Source: an uncultured Candidatus Saccharibacteria bacterium
GTDB taxonomy: Bacteria; Patescibacteriota; Minisyncoccia; Phycocordibacterales; JACOZG01
Length of the DNA stretch: 64,000 bases
Assembly (NCBI GenBank): GCA_964648765.1
Contig: CAZYLF010000001.1
Coordinates: forward strand, 229,797-293,796
Direction of reading: 5' to 3'
The translations under genes and the position numbers were made by a program. Positions 26,173 through 34,179 of the stretch are shown one piece after another (the stretch's first letter is position 1; every line of letters begins with the position of its first letter). The notes beneath the pieces are model-generated. The model was given only the letters and a program-made list of their open reading frames with translations. It searched no databases and was not told the origin of the DNA.

Positions 26173-26183
26173 ACGAGCCGGCA
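26113..26183 (-). tRNA. tRNA-Gln (anticodon CUG)
   Basis: The minus-strand sequence TGCCGGC-TC-GTCT-AATGGTA-GGAC-A-CATCC-CTCTGGA-GGATG-GTAT-TGGGG-TTCGAGT-CCCTG-GCCGGCA-G folds as a cloverleaf. It has a U1-A72 pair, U8, GG in the D-loop, a TTCGAGT T-loop and a G73 discriminator. CCA is not encoded. Confidence 0.75.
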
Positions 26184-26244
26184 ATGATGTCCACAATCTA
26201 ACACAATATTGGTAGTTTATGAAGACGTAAAAGGGGTGGAGGGG

Positions 26245-26892
26245 CTAAGCTTTCTCTAACGTAAAGATATACACCAACGATCCAACTTCTTCTGAATCTC
26301 TAATTTTTAAACCTGCTTTAATGGCTAATTGGCTGAATTCTTCTTTTGAAAATTGTTCAGAGGTATATGTTTCGTCTTTCCCATTAATTACTACGCAGCT
26401 ATTTTGGGTGACCTCCTTTATTGGTAAACCGATTTGTTTATAAATCTCAAGTCTACTCTCGAGCGCTTTTTCAGAATAAACGCTCACAATAATTTTCCCA
26501 TCATCTTTTATAACCCTTTTCATTTCTTCCAGTGCTTTTTGTTTTCCATCAGCTAAATTCACCAAGGTCATTAATAAAAGTGAATAATCAAAAGTTTTTT
26601 CAGCAAACGGGAGATCCAGAGCGTTGGCAACCAAAAACTTGATGTCTGGATGGCCCTCGAGATTTTTCTTCGCGTCTTCAATTGCTTTCGGATCGTTATC
26701 GACTCCAGTAATATCTTGCGTGGTATCTAAAAGCGACACAATATTTCTTCCATCGCCACAACCAATGTCTAAAACTTTAGAGTTTGATTTAATATTCTTC
26801 CTTAAATATTCTTTTTCTTTTGTGAACAGATTCTCAAATTGTGGAGTTGGGGATTTTATTATCAGCTCCCAATAATCAATGTTGGCGCTCAT
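26245..26892 (-). CDS. Class I SAM-dependent methyltransferase
   Basis: Motif I is VLDIGCGDGRN. Confidence 0.8.
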   Translation of the reverse strand: MSANIDYWELIIKSPTPQFENLFTKEKEYLRKNIKSNSKVLDIGCGDGRNIVSLLDTTQDITGVDNDPKAIEDAKKNLEGHPDIKFLVANALDLPFAEKTFDYSLLLMTLVNLADGKQKALEEMKRVIKDDGKIIVSVYSEKALESRLEIYKQIGLPIKEVTQNSCVVINGKDETYTSEQFSKEEFSQLAIKAGLKIRDSEEVGSLVYIFTLEKA

Positions 26893-26987
26893 GCGGAAAA
26901 TCCTAACAGAAAAATCTTTTCGAGTGAAGTCGTTTGAAATAGCTAGGTGTGTTATATTCTATTCTAGTAAAAGGAAAATTAATTTAG

Positions 26988-27476
26988 ATGAAAACTAAAA
27001 TAATTATTTTAATAGTTCTCGCGATAGGTGTAATTTTATTATTTAAATTTCTCGATAAATCTGAAGAGGATTATAAAAATATTGAATACTTAATTGAAGG
27101 TGGAAATGCTCATTACTTTGGCTATGAATTAAAAACTGATTTAGACGCTGATGGTGATGAGGACGTTGTGTTTATCGTCACCCAAGAGCTTGGCGGCTCC
27201 GGAACATTCTTCTACGCTGTTGCTGCGCTTAAAACTGATCATGGATATGTTGGCTCGGATGGATATTTATTAGGAGACAGAATAGCTCCGCAGTCTACTG
27301 AAGTTAGCCCGAATCCCAGACACAAGAATGTGATTGTGGTAAATTACGCCGACCGCGCGGTAGGAGAGCCAATGACCACACCTCCCTCTGTTGGCAAGAG
27401 TGTTTACTTAAAGATCGACTCAGCAAGCATGCGCTGGGGAATCGTAGAGCCAAACTTTGAGGGTGAATCGCGCTAG
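26988..27476 (+). CDS. Hypothetical exported protein
   Basis: An N-terminal TM/signal-anchor helix is present. Confidence 0.45.
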   Translation: MKTKIIILIVLAIGVILLFKFLDKSEEDYKNIEYLIEGGNAHYFGYELKTDLDADGDEDVVFIVTQELGGSGTFFYAVAALKTDHGYVGSDGYLLGDRIAPQSTEVSPNPRHKNVIVVNYADRAVGEPMTTPPSVGKSVYLKIDSASMRWGIVEPNFEGESR

Positions 27477-27505
27477 CGTAAATTCTGTGCTAAACTACAG
27501 GTAAT

Positions 27506-28423
27506 ATGAAAAATTTAATTATTGTATTGATCGTGATCGTGCTAGTAGGGGTTGGGGCTTACTTTTTAACTCGCCCAGATGGTGAGCCAACACCCACACC
27601 AGATCCAGTAGGAACCATTCCTACACCATTACCAAATGGATCAACCACTCCTCCTGTGGGCACAACTCCAGTAGATGACACCAAAACAGTAATTGGTAAA
27701 TCCGTAGAAGGTCGCGATATTACAGCTTTCCATTTCGGTAAAGGCGCTGATGAACTTATCTTCGTGGGAGGCGTACACGGCGGTTACTCATGGAACACCG
27801 CGCTAGTGGCGTATGAGCTCATGGATTATCTTGGCTCCGCTTCATCCACAACTATTCCGAGTAATGTGAAGGTTACTGTTATCCCAGTTTTTAACCCGGA
27901 TGGTTTATATAAAGTAGTTGGTAAAGAAGGACGTTTTGCTGCAGCCGATGTGCCGACTGCGTCGGGTGCCACAGTGCCTGGGCGTTATAATGCTAATAAA
28001 GTGGACTTAAATCGTAACTTCGACTGCGATTGGGCCGCTACGAGCAAATGGCAAAACACTGATGTGAGCGGAGGCACTGCAGCCTTCTCTGAACCTGAAG
28101 CCCTCGCCTTTAAAAATTATATTGAAAGTAAAAATCCTAAAGCCGTGGTGGTGTGGTATAGCGCCGCCGGCGGAGTCTTCGCTTCAGAATGTCACAACGG
28201 CGTACTTGCCGAAACTCGCACTCTCACTACCGCTTATGCCAAAGCTTCTGGCTACAAACCTTATGAGACCTTCGACTTTTACGAGATCACTGGCGATATG
28301 GTTAATTGGCTTGCAGGTGAGAAGATCCCCGCCATCAGCGTACTTCTCACTGATCACAAAAATACGGAGTGGACTAAAAACAAAGCCGGTATCGACGCTT
28401 TACTTAAAAATTACGCTAAATAG
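27506..28423 (+). CDS. M14-like zinc carboxypeptidase/deacylase superfamily protein, copy 1
   Basis: A TM and Pro-rich linker precede FVGGVHGGYSWN, NPDG and VDLNRNFDCDW, which are M14-like substrate/zinc motifs. Confidence 0.55.
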   Translation: MKNLIIVLIVIVLVGVGAYFLTRPDGEPTPTPDPVGTIPTPLPNGSTTPPVGTTPVDDTKTVIGKSVEGRDITAFHFGKGADELIFVGGVHGGYSWNTALVAYELMDYLGSASSTTIPSNVKVTVIPVFNPDGLYKVVGKEGRFAAADVPTASGATVPGRYNANKVDLNRNFDCDWAATSKWQNTDVSGGTAAFSEPEALAFKNYIESKNPKAVVVWYSAAGGVFASECHNGVLAETRTLTTAYAKASGYKPYETFDFYEITGDMVNWLAGEKIPAISVLLTDHKNTEWTKNKAGIDALLKNYAK

Positions 28424-28431
28424 TTCTCGAG

Positions 28432-29325
28432 GTGAAGAAGTTTTTAATTCTCTTTTTAATCCTTGTAGCGCTCGGCTTGGGCGCTTACTTGGTGTTTAAA
28501 AAGGAACCACCAGCGCCAGTTCCGGCTCCTATCGTGGTCGTTCCGGAACCATCACCTAAACGCGTGGTGATCGGCAAATCAGTGGAGGGTCGCGAGATTG
28601 AGAGCTTTACTTATGGTACAAGTTTACCCGACCAATCGGCGGGTACGAAAAATCTTCTCTTTGTAGGTGGAGTGCATGGCGGTTATGAGTGGAACAGCGT
28701 GCTGCTAGCTTACGAATTCATGGATTATCTCAAAGCTAATCCTGCGGTGGTGCCGAGTAACGTAAGCGTCACAGTAATCCCTTCCCTTAATCCTGATGGC
28801 GTTTTTAAAGTTATAAAAAAAGAGGGGAGATTCGCGCTTGCCGATATCCCGGCTGATGCGGAGGAACCGCTGGGTAAAGGACGTTTCAACGCTCACGACG
28901 TGGATCTCAATCGCAACTTCGATTGTAAATGGCAACCAGAAGCTACTTGGAGACAGCAGAAGGTGAGTGCGGGCACGGCGGCATTTTCAGAACCTGAAGC
29001 CGCGGCCCTTCGCGATTATGTTCTCTCAAGCAAACCTTCGGCGGTAATCTTCTGGCACAGCCAAGCCAATGCCGTTTACGCTTCAGAGTGTGAAGCGGGG
29101 ATTCTCCCCGACACGCGCGAGATTATGAACGCATACTCGCAAGCTTCGGGTTATCCGCCGGTTGACTCTTTCACTGCCTATCCAGTTTCTGGTGATGCAG
29201 AAGGTTGGCTTGCCTCCATCGGCATTCCGGCTATCACGGTGGAACTTAAAACTCATGAGACCATCGAGTGGACCCAAAATCTCGCCGGCACCAAAGCGGT
29301 GATGGATTATTATAAAAATAATTAA
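28432..29325 (+). CDS. M14-like zinc carboxypeptidase/deacylase superfamily protein, copy 2 (tandem paralogue)
   Basis: It has the same architecture, with FVGGVHGGYEWN, NPDG and VDLNRNFDCKW. Confidence 0.55.
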   Translation: MKKFLILFLILVALGLGAYLVFKKEPPAPVPAPIVVVPEPSPKRVVIGKSVEGREIESFTYGTSLPDQSAGTKNLLFVGGVHGGYEWNSVLLAYEFMDYLKANPAVVPSNVSVTVIPSLNPDGVFKVIKKEGRFALADIPADAEEPLGKGRFNAHDVDLNRNFDCKWQPEATWRQQKVSAGTAAFSEPEAAALRDYVLSSKPSAVIFWHSQANAVYASECEAGILPDTREIMNAYSQASGYPPVDSFTAYPVSGDAEGWLASIGIPAITVELKTHETIEWTQNLAGTKAVMDYYKNN

Positions 29326-29327
29326 AC

Positions 29328-30077
29328 ATGCTAAATTTTAAACAAATTATTTTCGGGGCGATTGTCGGAATCTTTATTATTAATATCTCACCAGCTCGAG
29401 CCACGGTGGGTGGGCCGACGATTATAAGTGAGGTGAGGGCGAATGCGGCTGGAGAGGTAATTTATGTAGAGCAGAGCATGAGCGGTCGTGGCTGTCCGCC
29501 AATAATCTATTCTCTCAATACTGAAACGGGTGCGAAGAATGTGGTAGTCTCGTGTGATTTATCTGAGCAAAATTTGGATGGTTACACCGAACTTTTTTCT
29601 CAAACCTTAGCGCAATTCCCTGCTGTGCTTGAGTCTGTGGCCTTTGAGAGTATGGGTGTGGAGATGCGCGCGAAGGTAAACGTGGTGCAAGAAGTGGTAG
29701 AGGATTTAGAAAATAATATTTTCCCTCGCACGGACTACAGTGTAGATATTTTAAGAAATGGCGAAAAGTTGGGGACGCTAGAATATTCTGGTTGCCGGCC
29801 AGATCAGGCACATCAATTTAGTGTTTACTCATCAGTAAATCCGGAGAAGTTATTAATTAAATCCACGAGCATTGGTGACTGCTTTGAGGGAGGTTACCTT
29901 GTTGACCGTCTCCATCTTTTGGATGTGCCCACTTCTCCAAACGTGGTGGCAACTACCACGCAAACTGGTGGAGGTTTAGGAATCCCATCCTACGTTTACC
30001 AAATCATCATCGTGCTCATTCTCGGCATTCTCGCCTGGTTTGCATATGGGAAGAAGGGTGGAGAAGGTTCAAATTAA
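29328..30077 (+). CDS. Hypothetical exported protein with C-terminal TM anchor
   Basis: A signal peptide AxA and a C-terminal hydrophobic helix are present. Confidence 0.45.
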   Translation: MLNFKQIIFGAIVGIFIINISPARATVGGPTIISEVRANAAGEVIYVEQSMSGRGCPPIIYSLNTETGAKNVVVSCDLSEQNLDGYTELFSQTLAQFPAVLESVAFESMGVEMRAKVNVVQEVVEDLENNIFPRTDYSVDILRNGEKLGTLEYSGCRPDQAHQFSVYSSVNPEKLLIKSTSIGDCFEGGYLVDRLHLLDVPTSPNVVATTTQTGGGLGIPSYVYQIIIVLILGILAWFAYGKKGGEGSN

Positions 30078-30677
30078 ATGGATCTTAAACAGCAAACAAT
30101 AGAAACTTATAACAAAAGCGCCAAAGCTTTGGCAGATAAGTTTGATAGTTTGGGTGTTCGAGTTTCTGATATTGATGAGACTTTTAAATTGGTAGAGAAG
30201 GAGAATCCTGTGGTTTTAGAGATTGGTTGCGGCAATGGGCGGGATGCGCAGGAAATCTTGAAGCGGACGAACAATTATTTCGGTATTGATATCTCTACTG
30301 AGCTTATAAAATTAGCACAAGAAAAAAATCCTGAAGGCAGATTTAAAGTCGCGGATGTTGAATCATTCCAGTTTCCTGCTGGTGTCGATATTATCTTTGC
30401 TTTCGTTTCTTTGTTGCATGTTAATCGTGAGAGTTTAAAAGATATTATAGGGAAAATATTTAATGCTTTAAACCCGAAGGGTGTTGTAAGAATTTCTTTA
30501 AAGTATGGTGGGGGTTATCGTGAGGTGACTAAAGAAGATGAGTTTGGCGTTCGAACTTACTATTATTATTCCGATCAAGATATTAGAGAACTCTCGAAGG
30601 ATTTTGTAATCATAAAAAATGAGATCAGTAGTTTAAGAGACCAAGATTATCTTGAAGTTATTTTGAAAAAAGTATGA
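30078..30677 (+). CDS. Class I SAM-dependent methyltransferase
   Basis: Motif I is VLEIGCGNGRD. Confidence 0.75.
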   Translation: MDLKQQTIETYNKSAKALADKFDSLGVRVSDIDETFKLVEKENPVVLEIGCGNGRDAQEILKRTNNYFGIDISTELIKLAQEKNPEGRFKVADVESFQFPAGVDIIFAFVSLLHVNRESLKDIIGKIFNALNPKGVVRISLKYGGGYREVTKEDEFGVRTYYYYSDQDIRELSKDFVIIKNEISSLRDQDYLEVILKKV

Positions 30678-30741
30678 ACATGTTTAAGGCCGTGAAGGTT
30701 GGGTTGGTGATGAGTAAGTGATTTGCTATAGTGGGGGTAAT

Positions 30742-31539
30742 ATGAACAAGCAAATTTTAATTGTTTTAGCAATTATTGTGATCGGATTTGGGGTCTGGTT
30801 TGTGAGTGATAAAAAAGCGCCAGAAGTGGCCGAGGTGAAGAATGCCGACATGATGGATAATGGGAGTGAGGTAGCGATTGTTAAACAAGAGGTGGATTAT
30901 TTTACTGGTGCTAAAGGTTATTTTGTAAAGCCGGAGGTGGCCGGAGTTTACCCGGGCGTGGTGATGATCCACGAGAACAGGGGTTTGCGTCCGGAGATCC
31001 GCGATACGGCTGAGACGCTCGCACGCGAGGGTTATATGGTGCTGGCCGTGGACCTTTTGGGTGGCACAGCTGAAGATCAAACTGGCGCACGGGCTCTAAC
31101 GGCTAATTTTAAGCAAGATGTTGGTGTGGCCAATATGCAGGCCGCGGCTGATTATCTTAAAGAGCAAGGGGCTACCAAACTTGCCTCACTCGGCTGGTGT
31201 TTTGGTGGACGGCAATCGCTTGAACTTGCGATGTCGGGCGAGATGCTTGATGCCACGGTGGTTTATTATGGTGGGGGCATGGCCACCACCACGGCTCGTT
31301 TGGCACCGATCAAGTGGCCAGTGCTCGGCATCTTCGGTGATCAGGATCAGGCAATCCCACTTACTATGGTGGAGCAATTCCGCTCGTCGCTTAATACACT
31401 TGGCGTGCCTAATGAGATCCACATTTACCCTGGAGTCGGTCACGCCTTCGCAAATCCATCTGGCGCCAACTATGCTCCTGAAGCTACGATGGACGCTTGG
31501 AGTAAAACCCTCGCCTTTCTTGAAATAAATCTGAAATAG
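30742..31539 (+). CDS. Dienelactone hydrolase family protein
   Basis: The nucleophile elbow GWCFGG and the DLH-like layout (VMIHENRGL, GVGHAF) are present. The start is the internal ATG at 30742. Confidence 0.8.
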   Translation: MNKQILIVLAIIVIGFGVWFVSDKKAPEVAEVKNADMMDNGSEVAIVKQEVDYFTGAKGYFVKPEVAGVYPGVVMIHENRGLRPEIRDTAETLAREGYMVLAVDLLGGTAEDQTGARALTANFKQDVGVANMQAAADYLKEQGATKLASLGWCFGGRQSLELAMSGEMLDATVVYYGGGMATTTARLAPIKWPVLGIFGDQDQAIPLTMVEQFRSSLNTLGVPNEIHIYPGVGHAFANPSGANYAPEATMDAWSKTLAFLEINLK

Positions 31540-31567
31540 TAATAAACTATAGGCACAACTAAATAAG

Positions 31568-31666
31568 TAGTTATTAAGAGTGTGGCGAGAGAATTGGCTC
31601 GATGACCCACCAGCAACCCTTATCAATAAGAAGGTGCTCCCAACCCCGTAAGCGGGGGAAGATAAT
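31568..31666 (+). promoter_or_regulatory. SAM-I (S-box) riboswitch-like aptamer upstream of metK
   Basis: The sequence TTATTAAGAGTGTGGCGAGAGA...GGCTCGATGACCC...GCAACC...GGTGC...CCCCGTAAGCGGGGG...AGATAA matches the conserved SAM-I blocks UUAUCAAGAG, GGCCCGAUGA, GCAACC, GGUGC, a P4 hairpin and the 3' P1 strand. Confidence 0.5.
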
Positions 31667-31672
31667 TTTTTT

Positions 31673-31699
31673 CCTCTGCATCTCGGGCAGAGTTTTTTT
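31673..31699 (+). terminator. Intrinsic terminator (riboswitch expression platform)
   Basis: Stem CTCTGC/GCAGAG is followed by TTTTTTT, 21 nt before the metK ATG. Confidence 0.5.
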
Positions 31700-31720
31700 A
31701 TTATTAATTATAAAAATATT

Positions 31721-32656
31721 ATGCAAAAAACAGCTGAATTTGTGAGCCCAAGTCATCCAGACAAAAAATGTGATTTTATTGCCGACAGTATTTTAGATGC
31801 GTATCTTAAGGGTGATAAGGAGAGCAGAGTGGCCGTGGAGGTGATGGGCGGACATAAATTAATTTGTGTTAATGGCGAAGTGACGTCATTGGCGAAGCCA
31901 GATATTAAGTTATTGGTAAAACAAATTGTGGGTAGTGAGTACAAAGTAATCGTTAATCTTGTGACACAAAGCAGAGAAATTTCTCAAGGTGTGGACACTG
32001 GTGGGGCTGGTGATCAGGGGATAATGAAGGGCTTTGCAACTTCCGAGACGAAGACTTTAATGCCGAGAGAGTATGAACTTGCGCGCACGCTTTGCCAAAA
32101 AATTTATGAGGTTTACCCATTTGACGGAAAGACTCAAGTAACTTTGGAAGGTGAAAAAATTAAAACAGTGGTGGCGAGTTTTCAAAATAGTAAAAACAAA
32201 GACTTGTTGAATTTGGTGAAAAAAATAGTAAAAGCTGAAGAATATTTTATTAATCCCGCTGGCGAGTGGAAGCAAGGTGGCTTTGATGCTGATACGGGGT
32301 TATCGGGTAGAAAGTTGATCGTGGATAATTATGGTCCAGAGATTACGATTGGTGGTGGGTCATTCTCGGGTAAAGATTACACCAAAGTGGATCGGTCGGG
32401 AGCCTATATGGCCAGGCGCGTGGCGGTGGATTTGCTTAAAGCGCGTAAGGCCAAAAATGTTTATACCAAACTTGCTTATGCGATAGGCAAAAGTGAGCCG
32501 GTGATGGCGGTGGCACTTGTGGATGGCAAGGAAGAGATAATTACGGGTTACGATTTATCTCCACTTGGGATCCGTAAGGCATTAAAATTGGATAAGGTTA
32601 AATATACTAATACTTGTGTTTGGGGACATTTTGGCCGCAAATTCCCTTGGGATTAG
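31721..32656 (+). CDS. metK: S-adenosylmethionine synthetase (short form, 311 aa)
   Basis: SHPDKKCDFIADSILDAYL, GDQGIMKGFA and GGGSFSGKDYTKVDRSGAYMARRVA match MetK signatures. The protein is about 75 aa shorter than typical MetK. Confidence 0.8.
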   Translation: MQKTAEFVSPSHPDKKCDFIADSILDAYLKGDKESRVAVEVMGGHKLICVNGEVTSLAKPDIKLLVKQIVGSEYKVIVNLVTQSREISQGVDTGGAGDQGIMKGFATSETKTLMPREYELARTLCQKIYEVYPFDGKTQVTLEGEKIKTVVASFQNSKNKDLLNLVKKIVKAEEYFINPAGEWKQGGFDADTGLSGRKLIVDNYGPEITIGGGSFSGKDYTKVDRSGAYMARRVAVDLLKARKAKNVYTKLAYAIGKSEPVMAVALVDGKEEIITGYDLSPLGIRKALKLDKVKYTNTCVWGHFGRKFPWD

Positions 32657-32757
32657 TTCCGTTGATTTTTAGTATAAAAAAAGATGCCGTAACGTGACGA
32701 TCTTTAGGGGACAGCCCTAAGTAATCATCAAGCGCCACGGCATTTCTATATATTACC

Positions 32758-33111
32758 TCAACGCAGGCTACTGTCAAATAATTGGAGTTGACCCGGCACA
32801 TCTCGGATTCGGCGCCACTCATCCAGTTTTGACCAAAGTCCATCAAGATCTTGGATTAACAGTACTTCCTCCAGAAAATCAATTTTTTCCCCGCGCCAGC
32901 CGCAACCGTAGCAGAAAAAATCATAGAAGCAGGAACCGGGAGGGTAAAGTACTAATGATGCCGTCTTCTCACAATGTTTTACGCACAAACAGTAGAGTTT
33001 GCCATTACCTTGAACCCGGTACTTTATCCCAAGTTGACTCGCGATTTCTTCCCAAGCCAATTTGTTGGCTTCCCGAGAAACTGCTTCTCTTTTGTCGTAT
33101 TCTCTTGCCAC
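32758..33111 (-). CDS. Stand-alone CHC2-type (primase-like) zinc-finger protein
   Basis: CLCVKHCEKTASLVLYPPGSCFYDFFCYGCGWRGEKIDFL matches the pattern of the DnaG zinc-binding domain. Confidence 0.55.
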   Translation of the reverse strand: MAREYDKREAVSREANKLAWEEIASQLGIKYRVQGNGKLYCLCVKHCEKTASLVLYPPGSCFYDFFCYGCGWRGEKIDFLEEVLLIQDLDGLWSKLDEWRRIRDVPGQLQLFDSSLR

Positions 33112-33201
33112 TTTGCACCTCCCTTTCTGCTCTTCAGATTATCATCTAAAAAATTTAAAACAAGAATGGACTTTGGTTAAGATGAAAGGTATATTTTTAC
33201 C

Positions 33202-33630
33202 GTGCTTACTAAATACCTCTCGTTTTCATTTTTCAAACTCTACATTTTTTTGTTCTTTCTTGGCGCCCAATCGTTTTTAGTTTTTTGGATTGGGGTTACA
33301 CTTTTCCTCTTTCCACCTTTCGCGTTGTTTGGATTAATTATGTATTTGTTAATGTTTCTAATCCAAAAGGTTATCCAAACTCGAGCGGGAGAGATGATTC
33401 CAGAAAATATTCAAAAACCAAATACAGCACCAGACCCCTTTTTGCCAATTTTCTTCCTCATTATGATTATCTTCGTTGTGGCTTATATTTTGGTTGTTTA
33501 TTGGATGCAAAATTTAGTTATTGCACATTTTGGCGTGCCAGAAAAAATATTTTCTTACGTCTCCTCATCCCTCAACGCGATTTCCTTCATTCTTTCCTTC
33601 TACTTTTCGTTTGTAACTAAACGGAAATAG
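33202..33630 (+). CDS. Polytopic membrane protein, hypothetical
   Basis: Four hydrophobic helices. Confidence 0.45.
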   Translation: MLTKYLSFSFFKLYIFLFFLGAQSFLVFWIGVTLFLFPPFALFGLIMYLLMFLIQKVIQTRAGEMIPENIQKPNTAPDPFLPIFFLIMIIFVVAYILVVYWMQNLVIAHFGVPEKIFSYVSSSLNAISFILSFYFSFVTKRK

Positions 33631-33636
33631 TTTTCT

Positions 33637-34179
33637 ATGCAAAGGGAAATAAACGGAATTACATACACGCTGCGGAATAGTGGTCGGGGAAGGCGAGTGG
33701 TGATAAGCGTGAGGTCGGGTGGGGAGGTGGTGGTGAGTAAGTCACCGCGTGTGACGCTTGCCAGCGTGGAGCGCTTAATGAGAGAGCGATGGGCGTGGCT
33801 AACGGAGAAGGTGCGAGAGCAGAGGTTGAAGCCAGCTAAATTACTTGGGCATTATTCGGTGAAAGACTTTAAGGTAAATAAGGAGAAGGCGCGCGAGCTT
33901 ACGCTCGCGCGCCTGACCTACTTTAATCAATTTTACAATTTTAAATTTAATCGAGTTTTTATAAGGAATCAGAAGTCGAGGTGGGGGAGTTGTTCGAGTA
34001 GGAGGAATTTAAGCTTTAATTATAAAATCATTTTCCTCCCGCCACCGCTCGCGGATTATTTAATCGTCCACGAACTGTGCCACTTAGGGCAGATGAATCA
34101 CAGCCCCAATTTTTGGCATCTTGTCGCTCTCCAAATTCCGGATTATAAAAAGCTACGAAGAGAGTTAAAGTTGTATTAA
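33637..34179 (+). CDS. YgjP/DUF45 family metal-dependent hydrolase
   Basis: A HELCH zinc motif (VHELCHLGQMNHSPNFW) lies near the C-terminus. Confidence 0.7.
   Translation: MQREINGITYTLRNSGRGRRVVISVRSGGEVVVSKSPRVTLASVERLMRERWAWLTEKVREQRLKPAKLLGHYSVKDFKVNKEKARELTLARLTYFNQFYNFKFNRVFIRNQKSRWGSCSSRRNLSFNYKIIFLPPPLADYLIVHELCHLGQMNHSPNFWHLVALQIPDYKKLRRELKLY

Larger units (their letters stand above)
16703..26183. mobile_element. Putative integrative element (~9.5 kb) inserted at tRNA-Gln, bounded by a direct repeat
   Basis: A large serine recombinase gene abuts and overlaps the tRNA 3' end. A direct repeat of the tRNA 3' end lies 9.4 kb away. The cargo includes a primase, DUF2726, a nuclease and hypothetical genes. 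A strand switch occurs at about 19.4 kb. Confidence 0.5.

Noticed and set aside
31118-31756. ORFs overlapping the DLH gene 3' end and the metK leader (31118-31528 +, 31186-31626 -, 31574-31756 -)
   Set aside because: They overlap a confident DLH gene and the riboswitch/terminator region. Their translations are Arg/Cys-rich, as expected for out-of-frame GC-rich sequence.
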